In this document: positions 42,355 through 52,501 of the stretch, piece by piece
Position numbering within the stretch: the first letter of the stretch is position 1
Layout of the letters: every line of letters begins with the position of its first letter
Notes under the pieces: model-generated
Databases searched by the model: none
The model's input: only the letters and a program-made list of their open reading frames with translations
What the model was told of the DNA's origin: nothing
NCBI GenBank assembly: GCA_019358915.1
Contig: JAHHIM010000004.1
Coordinates: 32,001-96,000 of the forward strand
Direction of reading: 5' to 3'
Length of the DNA stretch: 64,000 nucleotides
From: Trichormus sp. ATA11-4-KO1
Lineage (GTDB): Bacteria; Cyanobacteriota; Cyanobacteriia; Cyanobacteriales; Nostocaceae
Position numbers and translations under genes: made by a program

Positions 42355-43059
42355 TTATCTATTTTGATTGGACAATAGGACTACAAGATTAGAAACCATA
42401 CCTAAAAATTTTGGTTCATACCAAGTTGCATTTATATCAAATTTAGTAAATTCTGCTGAAATATTAATTATTTTTAATAAATCCTTTTTAGATAATAGGT
42501 GCAGGTTATTTTCATTAGACCAAAAATTCATACCGATGAGTTTTAATATTCTGCGGTGCCAATATCTTGGGAGCCAGTGTAAAAGCGGAATTTTAGTATG
42601 AAATTCCAGCCAGTGATATCGATTTGGAGTAGTTATCAGTATGTTATTACTAATTTGAAGCAGATTGTTGATATATTGAATTTGTTGTTGTTCTGTCCCT
42701 ACGTGTTCAATGACAGCCGATGAAATTATGTAGTCTACTTTGTCTAAATTATTTTTTTCTGGAGGCCAAGAGATAACAGCTAGTCCTGGAAAAACTTTCT
42801 CTAGGTGACTAATGTCTTCTGGTGAAGTCGCATAAACGATTGCACCGTCTTCTGTTAACCATCGAATAAAACAATTGCTATCTTCTCTAACAGTATCTGG
42901 AGTTGAACCATGATCTAAAAATACTTGGTCTTCTACAGTACCAACTTGCTTTCTTAACCATACATACATCTTCCTTCTAGCTTGTAGTGCTGCTTTAATG
43001 TGTAATTTAGTAAAAGGAAGATTGCGTCCAAAATAATCTATACCACGTACTTCTGGCAT
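42355..43059 (-). CDS. Methyltransferase-domain protein
   Basis: FLDHG, SSAVIEHVG, ITTPNR, EFHT. Confidence 0.75.
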   Translation of the reverse strand: MPEVRGIDYFGRNLPFTKLHIKAALQARRKMYVWLRKQVGTVEDQVFLDHGSTPDTVREDSNCFIRWLTEDGAIVYATSPEDISHLEKVFPGLAVISWPPEKNNLDKVDYIISSAVIEHVGTEQQQIQYINNLLQISNNILITTPNRYHWLEFHTKIPLLHWLPRYWHRRILKLIGMNFWSNENNLHLLSKKDLLKIINISAEFTKFDINATWYEPKFLGMVSNLVVLLSNQNR

Positions 43060-43145
43060 TAAATACCCCTTTTAGATAATTTCATACAATAACTAATTAA
43101 TGTATGTGCTTAAATTTGCTAAAAATTAAGATCCCAAAGAAAAAA

Positions 43146-44309
43146 CTACTTAGGAACTTCATATGATCCTAATTTTTTCATTGACATTGCGGAAATAAAC
43201 AGAGATGAAAAGTCTATTTCAAAACCTATAATTACTATAGTTGCTGCAAAAGTAAACCATTCTGGATGAGGAAGCGGTAACAGATTAGAGCGCAGCCACT
43301 GTAAGGTAAGATATAGAAGAATTAAGCTGCCGCTAATAATCATACTTGTTCCGATAAATAAACCAGCTTCTAGATTAAAGAACTTATAAAACTTTCGTAG
43401 TAGAAAATTATCTTTATCAAAACGACGACTCCATGAATAGGTCTTGGCATGTAAACCTAAGCTTAAAATTTCAAACCCAACCACACTGAATATGGTTGCA
43501 AATATACCTGTTACAACTCCGAGTGGTCTACCTTCATACTTCAAAAGTTCTGCTAAAACAGCAAAATGAATTAGCATACCAAGCGTTAGCAAAAACATAC
43601 CTGGATATATGAATAGTTTATTGGGAGCATATAGCAACATCATTCGCAAACTACGCCAACCATCACGGACTGTTCTTAGCTTAGACTCTCCCTTTCGCGG
43701 AGCTAATTGAATGGGAATCTCTTTAATCTTTAATTTAGCAAGCCCTGCATTTATCGCAAGTTCTAAGTTGAATTCCATACCTGGGCTGATGGGTTCAATT
43801 AACTCATAAGCTTCACGAGTAAAAGCACGAAATCCACAGTAAACATCTGTATATTTTGTGCCAAACAAACCATTAAGAATACCAGTGATTATGGGATTTC
43901 CTATTAATCGGTGCAGCAAGGGATTGTTTTCTAAACCTTTTTTCCCCAAAAATCGACTACCTGTGACAAAATCATAGTTTTCATTGATTAGAGCATCCAA
44001 AAATTTGGGAATTAAGTGAAAATCATAAGTATCATCAGCATCCCCCATAATAAAATATTTACCTCTTGCACCATTAAAACCCTTCAGATAAGCATTTCCA
44101 TAGCCTCTCAATGACTGATGTACAACTTGTACACCCATGCTTTCTGCTATTTCCACTGATTTATCTGTTGAACCGTTATCACAGACAATAATTTCACCAT
44201 CAATATCAGCCTGATTAAAAGTATTCTGAATTTTTTCAATACAAATGCCAATAGCAGCTTCTTCATTTAAGCAAGGCATTACTACAGAAACTAATGGAAT
44301 ATCTGACAT
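43146..44309 (-). CDS. Polyprenol-phosphate glycosyltransferase (DPM1/GtrB-like GT2) with C-terminal TM helices
   Basis: MPCLNEE, DNGSTD, GYG, GDADDTYD, GSRF, CGFRAF. Confidence 0.9.
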   Translation of the reverse strand: MSDIPLVSVVMPCLNEEAAIGICIEKIQNTFNQADIDGEIIVCDNGSTDKSVEIAESMGVQVVHQSLRGYGNAYLKGFNGARGKYFIMGDADDTYDFHLIPKFLDALINENYDFVTGSRFLGKKGLENNPLLHRLIGNPIITGILNGLFGTKYTDVYCGFRAFTREAYELIEPISPGMEFNLELAINAGLAKLKIKEIPIQLAPRKGESKLRTVRDGWRSLRMMLLYAPNKLFIYPGMFLLTLGMLIHFAVLAELLKYEGRPLGVVTGIFATIFSVVGFEILSLGLHAKTYSWSRRFDKDNFLLRKFYKFFNLEAGLFIGTSMIISGSLILLYLTLQWLRSNLLPLPHPEWFTFAATIVIIGFEIDFSSLFISAMSMKKLGSYEVPK

Positions 44310-44413
44310 AGTTTTAATCTATCCTTTTTGTAGAAAAAAATTAATGTTTATTTAGGAAATAAACAGAAATAGTACCTGATAATTTATATGTTAACCCAGG
44401 ATAATTAATTGGC

Positions 44414-46081
44414 TTATAATTGATTTGATTTTTTCCATTTATAAAATTTTTTAATCTTAAATATTTCATAGAAATATGACAGACCAATAGCTACATTCAT
44501 TAACAGCAATGGCACGATGTTCCACAAATATCGGAAGCTTCCTGGAAAACTAGTTGTGTCAATATAAGCAACAAGTGTTATTCGGAGAATGATGGTTAGT
44601 AATATTGATAGAATTACAATTAATGGTATTTTTCGTATTTTTTTTTCATAAATTACATCTTTAATATTACCTAATGTTAAACTAATTATTGATACTCCTA
44701 ATAGTACCGGGAAACAAAACTTATAGGCTTCAGATATCCAGTAAATAAATTTATCCTTTAATTGATTAACTGCAAAATTGCGATTTCCGATAAAATTAGA
44801 CGATTCCCTGGTTATTTTTTCATAAAACTGTTTTCGATGACTTAAATCTTGTTCTCCATTACTTAAATTAAGTATTAGAATTTCATTTATTAATCTCTGC
44901 GTTATGTTTCTAAAACTTTCTAAAAAAGGTTTTACATATTCATTACGGACTTCTATGCTAAGAGCTGGTAAGGTCAATATAGTATTATTGCATGAAAGTT
45001 TTCCAGATATACAAGCAGATTTAATTTCAGATGCTATTTGCTGGTAGAAAGCTTCCGTCTCAGGAGCCGATTTGTATTGACCAGTATAAGCAACAGCATC
45101 TCTTAATGCCCAAATAAACCATCCTCCAGCGTAGTCATCACAAACACTTACGGTTTGGCAACCAGGAATGAACCATTGCTTTCCTAGATGTTCTTGTTCT
45201 AAATATGTCGATAGCCTTTTGAAACTTGGACTCACATTATAAATTTTAAATCTAGTTTCTTCTGGAACAGGTACGAAGCGTTTCCATGTTTCATGCTTAA
45301 CATTAGTAATTTGGGCATAAGCAGCTTTGATACCCGGTGATTTAAAATCATCAACAGCGAATATACCAAACTTGATATAATTTGTTAGAGAAATAAATAA
45401 AGTTATGAAAATCACTGGGATACAAACAAATAATACTGAAAATTGTAAATACTTCCATACAGTTCGCTGATTTAAGTGAGATTTAAATGCATTAATTAAT
45501 AACTGTATATATAAGATTACAATAGTCGGAATTATTAATATACCTTCAGGTCTTGTATTATAAAACCAAGCAAAACCTAATCCTAAATTCAAAGACCATA
45601 ATAAAAAAAATTTAGATATGAAGGGCTGATTGAGTAAATGGATAAGACAAGATATGATGAAAAGGGTCAGAGGTAAATATAATGACTCTTGTACAGTTTC
45701 TCTATTCTGAAAAAATGATGCTGGTAAAAAAATATGTAATATTAAAAAAACGAATACAATAAATTTATTTTTATAATAATGATAGAAACTCCAAGCCAAG
45801 AAAAAACCAGATACTATATATAATAATTCTTGAGAAAATCGCAATGAAAAACCTAATATATAACTGAAGCAGATAAAAAATGCATATCCCGGTTGCCTCA
45901 TTAAAGTGTATTGATCATAATTAAAAGGAGCTTGAAAATCAAATATTTCCCAAGCCATCTGTACATATCTCAAGTTATCATGTCCACCATAGGAAGCCAC
46001 TATAGGTAAATGACTTGTTAACCACAATTTAATAATGGCTAGAATTAAGCATAATGACCAAACAGATTTCATTAATTTCAT
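44414..46081 (-). CDS. Multi-pass membrane protein, probable GT-C-type transferase
   Basis: HDNLRY after TM1, RQPGY, TRPEG, large periplasmic loop, RY near the C-terminus. Confidence 0.65.
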   Translation of the reverse strand: MKLMKSVWSLCLILAIIKLWLTSHLPIVASYGGHDNLRYVQMAWEIFDFQAPFNYDQYTLMRQPGYAFFICFSYILGFSLRFSQELLYIVSGFFLAWSFYHYYKNKFIVFVFLILHIFLPASFFQNRETVQESLYLPLTLFIISCLIHLLNQPFISKFFLLWSLNLGLGFAWFYNTRPEGILIIPTIVILYIQLLINAFKSHLNQRTVWKYLQFSVLFVCIPVIFITLFISLTNYIKFGIFAVDDFKSPGIKAAYAQITNVKHETWKRFVPVPEETRFKIYNVSPSFKRLSTYLEQEHLGKQWFIPGCQTVSVCDDYAGGWFIWALRDAVAYTGQYKSAPETEAFYQQIASEIKSACISGKLSCNNTILTLPALSIEVRNEYVKPFLESFRNITQRLINEILILNLSNGEQDLSHRKQFYEKITRESSNFIGNRNFAVNQLKDKFIYWISEAYKFCFPVLLGVSIISLTLGNIKDVIYEKKIRKIPLIVILSILLTIILRITLVAYIDTTSFPGSFRYLWNIVPLLLMNVAIGLSYFYEIFKIKKFYKWKKSNQL

Positions 46082-46219
46082 AAAAGTTAGGGATGTCTAT
46101 ACAATATTGAAAACGTTCAAATTTCATAAAAAATCTGTAAATTAATTACTATTTTTTTTGCTTTTTTAGTGCAAAATACAAACTCATTAATCAATTTTTG
46201 TCATCAGCATAAATGAAAT

Positions 46220-49200
46220 TTATATATTTGCTATTTTAATGCTGTAATCTTCACGTTTAGATGTCAAGTTTATACTATAACAAGGATCATATTCTATAAA
46301 CTTTTTCCACTTGTTCTGCATATACTCTGTTTCTTGAATAAATCTTGCTAGCTTTGCAGGTGTATCTTCACAACCTCTGCTCTTAGATTCATAGTGATAT
46401 AACATAACGTGTGGTAAATAGATGTTCCTGTAACCTTCCTCAATAATTCTCAAACACAAATCAACATCATTAAATGCAACGGCAAGTTCTTCTGCAAAAC
46501 CTCCTACAGCTTCAAAAACTTCTCGTCTACACATTAAACAAGCTGCTGTCACAGCCGAATAATTATTCACAGTTAAGATTTGATCAAAGTATCCTGGTGA
46601 ATTGCCCGGATAATGTTTATGACTATGACCAGCAACGCCTCCAATACCCATGACTACGCCAGCATGTTGAATCGTGTTATCTGGATATAAAAGTAAAGCT
46701 CCAACCGCTCCTATAGATGGTCTTTGAGCTTGTTCAATCATTGCATCTATCCAGTCAGGAGTAATTACCTCAATGTCATTATTTAAAAACAAAAGGTAAT
46801 CTCCTTTGGCTTGATTAACAGCATAATTATTAATCTTGGAATAGTTAAAAGGTATATCAAGACGGTAGCAGCGAAACCTACTTGATTCCTTCTCTTGCCA
46901 CTTAGAAATAACCCTAGTTGTATTTTCTTCCTGACTCCCGTTATCTATAAGAATTACTTCGTAATTTGGATAAGTTGTTTTCTCAAAAATAGATGTGAGA
47001 CATTTGTCTAAAATATTGCCTAAGTCTCTTGTGGGGATGATAATACTGACAAGTTTATAATCTCTAATTGTATATCGAATTATGTAATGTCCAACAAGGC
47101 TTCCAGGCTGCGTAACCCGGCCATGTTCGCCTCTTCTAGCAAGAGCATCTGCTAATGCTTTTTCGGCTGCTATAACAGCATATGGTTTTTGATCGGGTTT
47201 ACTGGCAGCAGATTGAGGATGAATTCTCCAATGGTATAATATTTTAGGTATATGAAAAATTTGTGTTGTTTTTTCTGTTAACCTCAAAACCAAATCATAG
47301 TCCTGACTTCCCTCATAACCTATTCTAAAACCCCCAATTTTTTTTACTAATTCTCTCCGATAGGTTCCTAGATGGCAGGTATACATGCGAGATAAAAATG
47401 AGTCAGGACACCAGTCAGGTTTAAAGAAGGGGTCTTGGAGTCTACCATGTTCATTAATTTTATCTTCATCAGAATAAATCATATCTGCATCTGGATGCTT
47501 ATTTAGCAATAGAGCAGTTTCATACAGAGCATCTGGAGTCAGAATATCGTCATGATCAAGTAAAGTAACAAATTCACCAGTGGCAATTTCTAGCGCTGAG
47601 TTAGAACAACGCGAAATATGACCATTTTCATTTCTAAAAACAACTTTTATTCGGGAATCTTTCGATGAGTACTCCTTTAAAATTTCTCTAACCTGATTGT
47701 CCGTAGAAGCATCATCAGCAATACATAATTCCCAGTAGGGATAAACCTGATTTAATACAGAGTCAATAGCTTCTTTCAAGTAATTTGAAGGAGTATTGAA
47801 AACAGGCATAACAATACTAATGACAGGCTTGTAAGGCAATAAATCTACCTTTTCAACCATTTTTTGTAAGGCATCCGGAGTAGGGTAGTTTATGTTCAGC
47901 CATTGCTGATAGTTAGCATCATTAGCGTGAGGAATATCTTGCACTACTAAAGCAGGTTGTGACGCATTATCAAACTTGAGAAAAGTTTTTTTTAGTAATT
48001 TGTTGAAGGAGTAGCGGAATCCCTTTACTCTAAAAATAGCCCACAAGTATTTTGCCCGCGACAATAAACTTCTGTTCAAAGGAAGATGATGATCGGCTAA
48101 ACCAATAGCACTTCTGAATTTAAACCATATTATTCGCATCCGCCAAAATTTACTACTTTCCATTGCTGTGATAGTATTCTGCGAGTGCAATAATTCCGAT
48201 TTTATAGTTTGTAGTTGGGATTGTAGTTTTTCTACTTCTATTATTGAAAATTGCTGTAAAACAGTTTGCTGTTCTGTTTGCATATGTTGCAATTGCCAAC
48301 GAATTTCCTCTAGTTCATTTTCGGTTTGTTGCAGTTGAAATTGCGATCGCTCGAATTCTGTTTCGGTTTGTTGTAGTTGGAATTGCGATCGCTCGAATTC
48401 TGTTTCGGTTTGTTGTAGTTGGAACTGCGATCGCGCTAACTCCGTTTCAGTTTGTTGCAGTTGAGATTGTAACCGCGCTAACTCCGCCTCAGTTTGCTGT
48501 ATTTGCAACTGCGATTGCTCTAATTCTCTTTTGGAATGATTACTAATTTTGTAAACATCAAGCCAATCTTGTAGCACCCAGTCTCTAAAAGAAATGTCAG
48601 TTTCCAACACATTTAAATTCACTGACTGGTATTTTATATCAGCTAGATTGTTCAACTCATTATATAATTCCACTGCTTCTGGAAAAAACTTTTTAATTAG
48701 CATCTGCCTGTGAGAGTTTGATGCTAAATTTTTCATCAATGATTTATCTACAATACCTTCATTAGGCTCATTCAGTTTGATGCCAAATTTCTGTTCACAT
48801 AATTTTGAAATAACAGTATGGTTTGCAATTATAGTATCAGTATTTAATAAAATAGTTTGCTCTGGAAACTGATGATAAAAATTTAGGATAATTTGGTTAT
48901 AGTGCATCCAAATTTGTAAAGCATATTTAGGATTACTAGAAAATATTACATCTCCCCGACGATATAAAGAATCGACTACTTCCCAAGGTGACCTATATGT
49001 AAATATAAAATATGCTTGCGGTAGTAAATTTCTCCACAAATCTAAGAAAAGAGTAGTACGTGGGTCTTTCCATCCCCAGTAATTTGTTGTTGAGTTTTCT
49101 GCTATTATTATTTTTGCTTTATCAAGCAATTGCTGTGGTGTCTGAATATTGTTTTGTATTGTCCATCCTTCCTGACTAATACCTTGAGAACGCAAAGCAT

Positions 49201-49384
49201 ATTCGTGAAAACCTACAAAATCTAGGTTTTCAAAATGACCTTTTGGATTACTAGGAGCTGCACCCATTAATCTTTCACCTATATGCACTCCTGCACTTTG
49301 CATCAATGATGCAGTGAGAGAAGTTCCAGAACGGTGCATTCCCGTAATTATGAAAATAGCAGATTCGTTCTCTTGATTTATCAT
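46220..49384 (-). CDS. Sulfotransferase + coiled coil + GT2 + GT2 fusion
   Basis: TGMHRSGTS, WKDPRT, RSPWEVVDSL; Q/E-rich 14-aa repeats; SIVMPVFN...DHDD; SIIIPTRD...NND. Confidence 0.9.
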   Translation of the reverse strand: MINQENESAIFIITGMHRSGTSLTASLMQSAGVHIGERLMGAAPSNPKGHFENLDFVGFHEYALRSQGISQEGWTIQNNIQTPQQLLDKAKIIIAENSTTNYWGWKDPRTTLFLDLWRNLLPQAYFIFTYRSPWEVVDSLYRRGDVIFSSNPKYALQIWMHYNQIILNFYHQFPEQTILLNTDTIIANHTVISKLCEQKFGIKLNEPNEGIVDKSLMKNLASNSHRQMLIKKFFPEAVELYNELNNLADIKYQSVNLNVLETDISFRDWVLQDWLDVYKISNHSKRELEQSQLQIQQTEAELARLQSQLQQTETELARSQFQLQQTETEFERSQFQLQQTETEFERSQFQLQQTENELEEIRWQLQHMQTEQQTVLQQFSIIEVEKLQSQLQTIKSELLHSQNTITAMESSKFWRMRIIWFKFRSAIGLADHHLPLNRSLLSRAKYLWAIFRVKGFRYSFNKLLKKTFLKFDNASQPALVVQDIPHANDANYQQWLNINYPTPDALQKMVEKVDLLPYKPVISIVMPVFNTPSNYLKEAIDSVLNQVYPYWELCIADDASTDNQVREILKEYSSKDSRIKVVFRNENGHISRCSNSALEIATGEFVTLLDHDDILTPDALYETALLLNKHPDADMIYSDEDKINEHGRLQDPFFKPDWCPDSFLSRMYTCHLGTYRRELVKKIGGFRIGYEGSQDYDLVLRLTEKTTQIFHIPKILYHWRIHPQSAASKPDQKPYAVIAAEKALADALARRGEHGRVTQPGSLVGHYIIRYTIRDYKLVSIIIPTRDLGNILDKCLTSIFEKTTYPNYEVILIDNGSQEENTTRVISKWQEKESSRFRCYRLDIPFNYSKINNYAVNQAKGDYLLFLNNDIEVITPDWIDAMIEQAQRPSIGAVGALLLYPDNTIQHAGVVMGIGGVAGHSHKHYPGNSPGYFDQILTVNNYSAVTAACLMCRREVFEAVGGFAEELAVAFNDVDLCLRIIEEGYRNIYLPHVMLYHYESKSRGCEDTPAKLARFIQETEYMQNKWKKFIEYDPCYSINLTSKREDYSIKIANI
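48300..48530. repeat. 42-bp tandem repeats encoding the coiled coil
   Basis: HIP1 sites at 48343, 48385 and 48427 mark the period; peptide QLQQTETEFERSQF. Confidence 0.85.
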
Positions 49385-49412
49385 AAGTTCCTTTCGTAAT
49401 TAATAAATTATT

Positions 49413-49982
49413 TTAATTAATATCAATAAGTTTTAAATGATGCAGATATTTCAGTATTTTTTCCACTGATTGATTGACATCTTCCTCATAAGTTTTAAGC
49501 ACAATATCAGGACTTACAGGAGCTTCATATGGTGAAGAAATTCCTGTAAATTCGGGAATTTCACCAGATATAGCTCTTTGATATAAACCTTTGGGATCTC
49601 TTTTTATGCACTCTTCTAAAGGACAATCTACATAAATTTCTATGAATTTTCCTAATGATTGTCTTAGCTGATTTCTTGTAGCATTGAAAGGAGAAATTAA
49701 AGCAACAATTGTATTAATACTATGTTTATTTAACAAACTACAAAGATAACCAACTCTCAAGACGTTAGTTTCTCTATCTTTTGGAGAAAAACCTAAATCA
49801 CTAGATAAATGTTTGCGAATTACATCTCCATCTAAGACCTCACAGGATACAGATAAATTATTTAAAGCTTTTGATAGTTCTGTAGCAATTGTAGATTTAC
49901 CTGCTCCAGACAGACCTGTCAACCAACAAGTAAAGCCTGTACTTACCAAGGTTTGATTTGGCTTTGTAACCTGATTTTCCAT
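49413..49982 (-). CDS. cysC: Adenylyl-sulfate kinase
   Basis: WLTGLSGAGKST, LDGD, RDPKGLY, FTGISSPYE. Confidence 0.95.
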   Translation of the reverse strand: MENQVTKPNQTLVSTGFTCWLTGLSGAGKSTIATELSKALNNLSVSCEVLDGDVIRKHLSSDLGFSPKDRETNVLRVGYLCSLLNKHSINTIVALISPFNATRNQLRQSLGKFIEIYVDCPLEECIKRDPKGLYQRAISGEIPEFTGISSPYEAPVSPDIVLKTYEEDVNQSVEKILKYLHHLKLIDIN

Positions 49983-49984
49983 AG

Positions 49985-51382
49985 TTATTTTATTGATGAT
50001 GCTGACTTTGAATTTTGGTTATTCTTAGCAAAAGAGATATCAGGCTCTATACAAAAATCTATTATTCCTGTTGCCAAATTATCATTTTCTGGTTGAACTC
50101 GAAACATAGCAATATCTATATGTCTATCAAGGAATTGCTCACTACCATCTACATTTCCCACAACACCTGCATTTAAAAAATATACTCCAGGCTGAAGTAA
50201 ACAGTTGAATTTAAATTCAACTTCCACAATTGCGCCTTTATCTAAATATTCTATTGGTTGACATGTAGTATGAGAAACTGCTCCTCCTAGCTCCAAACCA
50301 CTTACAGTTTTAATTAACATTCCGAATCTAACTCGATAAGCTGTATTAATAAAACTAACTTGATACTTGTATATATATTTATGTCTTGCACACAGAATAT
50401 TAACTAACTTACCATCTAACGTTGTGATATGTGAATTTTCTATCTTAGCCCCACGAGATATATAAGATATTGTACTTTTGGGTATTAAATTGGGGTCATA
50501 TTGACTAAGAGATTCTTGTTTTTTAGTTTCCTGATGATTTTGTTTTTCTTCAATACCATGAAGAATAGATAAATTTTTTCCTTCATGAACAGAATGATAA
50601 TTATTCAAATCACGAATTTCTTGCTGAAGTCTTTCTAGCTGATCAGTTGGTGCGTATATGAGCTTTTGATACTTTGATACTACAATTTTTGGAGAGGCAG
50701 AAAGCAAAAGTTCTCCATGATGCATTAAAATTGCAGACTTGCATAGTTCCACAATAGAGGATGCTGAATGAGAAACAAATAAAATTGTTCCTCCTTGTTC
50801 TTGAATTGATTGAATTCGAGCAAAGCATTTACGTTGGAAAGCTTCGTCTCCAACAGAAAGAGCTTCATCAACAATCAAAATATCAGGAGTAGTGCTTGTT
50901 GCCACAGCAAATGCTAACCTAACAAACATACCGCTAGAATATGTTTTCACAGGTTGGTCAATAAAATCCCCAATATCTGCAAACGCAACAATATCATCAA
51001 ATTTAGCGATAATTTCTTCTTTTTTCAGTCCTAGTAATTGAGCATTAAAAAATATATTTTGCCTACCAGTAAACTCTAAATTAAAACCACTACCTAATTC
51101 TAATAATGCTGCGACTCGACCGTTAATTTGAATATCCCCGGTTGTAGGTGTAAGTGTCCCCGCAATAATTTGCAGTAAGGTACTTTTCCCAGAACCGTTT
51201 TTTCCCACAATTCCTATTGTCTGTCCTTTGTAAATATCAAAACTAATATCTTGCAGTGCCCAAAACGTATCTGCCCTACTTTTTCCAGGTAGCAAAATTT
51301 CCTTGAGTCGGTCTACCGGACGAGCATATCGCTTGTAGCATTTCGAGATATTTTTCAGTGAAATTGCAATTTCCTCACCCAT
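49985..51382 (-). CDS. wzt: Polysaccharide ABC transporter ATPase with C-terminal carbohydrate-binding domain
   Basis: GKNGSGKST, YSSGM, DEALSVGD; about 170-aa C-terminal extension containing LQPGVY. Confidence 0.92.
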   Translation of the reverse strand: MGEEIAISLKNISKCYKRYARPVDRLKEILLPGKSRADTFWALQDISFDIYKGQTIGIVGKNGSGKSTLLQIIAGTLTPTTGDIQINGRVAALLELGSGFNLEFTGRQNIFFNAQLLGLKKEEIIAKFDDIVAFADIGDFIDQPVKTYSSGMFVRLAFAVATSTTPDILIVDEALSVGDEAFQRKCFARIQSIQEQGGTILFVSHSASSIVELCKSAILMHHGELLLSASPKIVVSKYQKLIYAPTDQLERLQQEIRDLNNYHSVHEGKNLSILHGIEEKQNHQETKKQESLSQYDPNLIPKSTISYISRGAKIENSHITTLDGKLVNILCARHKYIYKYQVSFINTAYRVRFGMLIKTVSGLELGGAVSHTTCQPIEYLDKGAIVEVEFKFNCLLQPGVYFLNAGVVGNVDGSEQFLDRHIDIAMFRVQPENDNLATGIIDFCIEPDISFAKNNQNSKSASSIK

Positions 51383-51475
51383 ACCACAACACACTTACAA
51401 ATAACACATCATCACACACTGCATATTTCACATTACCACTAGGCTGATTTCAGACTATTTGGGCAGTGAAACTTT

Positions 51476-52321
51476 CTACAACACATCTGCAAAAGCTGGA
51501 CGCAAACGCCTGTAAACTGCAAATCCACAACAAAATATCACTACTGCGATCGCACTAGCAACCCCCCATTCCCCCCAATGCTGCACCTCCCCAACTAAAA
51601 TTAAATCACGATAAACTTCGGCGATCGCAGTCAAGGGATTTAACCAAAACACCCAATTACGCCAGGCTTCGGGAATTGCTGAAGCAGGATAAATAATTGG
51701 TGTTAAATACATCCAAATATTTAAAACTACTCCCAGTGTCTGCGGGATATCACGCAAAAAGACCGTTAATCCAGCAGCCAAATAACCCAAACCAGCCGTT
51801 AACAACAACTGCGTTAACCAGACTAAGGGTAACAGCGCTAACGTAGTATGTAAAGTATGAGCTTGTATCGCCACAAAAAAAATCAACGCCATTAAGCCAA
51901 AAGAACTTTCGATAAACGTTGATAAAATTGGCACTAAGGGCAACAAAGCCAAGGGAAATACCACCTTCTTGACTAAATTTGGCTGGCCTACCACTGAACC
52001 AGCAGACTGCATTAGTCCACCTGAAAAAGCAATCCAGGGAAGCAAACCAGCAAATAGCCACAATCCAAAGGTGAAATTACTTTCTGGCAGACTTGTGAGA
52101 GTTAGCTTAACTCTTAACACAATGGAAAATACATAGGTGTAAATCAGTAATTGTGATAGCTGATTTACCAAAGGCCAAAAATTGCCCAGAATAGAACCCT
52201 TATACCGCGCCTCTAAGTCTCGCCGTACTAGAGTTCTTAGTAAATCGAACTTAGCCCATAACTGCTCATTTATGGGCAGGATACGTCTCAGTGTCCCAGC
52301 CTTACGTACAGCGCGCCGCAT
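51476..52321 (-). CDS. wzm: Polysaccharide ABC transporter permease
   Basis: RYKGSILG, LVKKVVFP, TPIIYP, LNP, FADVL. Confidence 0.92.
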   Translation of the reverse strand: MRRAVRKAGTLRRILPINEQLWAKFDLLRTLVRRDLEARYKGSILGNFWPLVNQLSQLLIYTYVFSIVLRVKLTLTSLPESNFTFGLWLFAGLLPWIAFSGGLMQSAGSVVGQPNLVKKVVFPLALLPLVPILSTFIESSFGLMALIFFVAIQAHTLHTTLALLPLVWLTQLLLTAGLGYLAAGLTVFLRDIPQTLGVVLNIWMYLTPIIYPASAIPEAWRNWVFWLNPLTAIAEVYRDLILVGEVQHWGEWGVASAIAVVIFCCGFAVYRRLRPAFADVL

Positions 52322-52501
52322 TATTCGCACCAATTTCTACTCCTCATTCCCCACACACTTAATTGCCATCAATGAAGCTGACTATTTTATGAAAGTTCCC
52401 TTAGGTGATTTTTGGTATAAATCATAGATGTTACAGAGTATTTTAATTGCTAGTTATCTGCGTGATTATACAATGAATCAACTATATCTAAATATATTGG
52501 C

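Noticed and set aside
48300..48530. 42-bp periodic repeats as CRISPR
   Set aside because: Contiguous coding repeats with no unique spacers.
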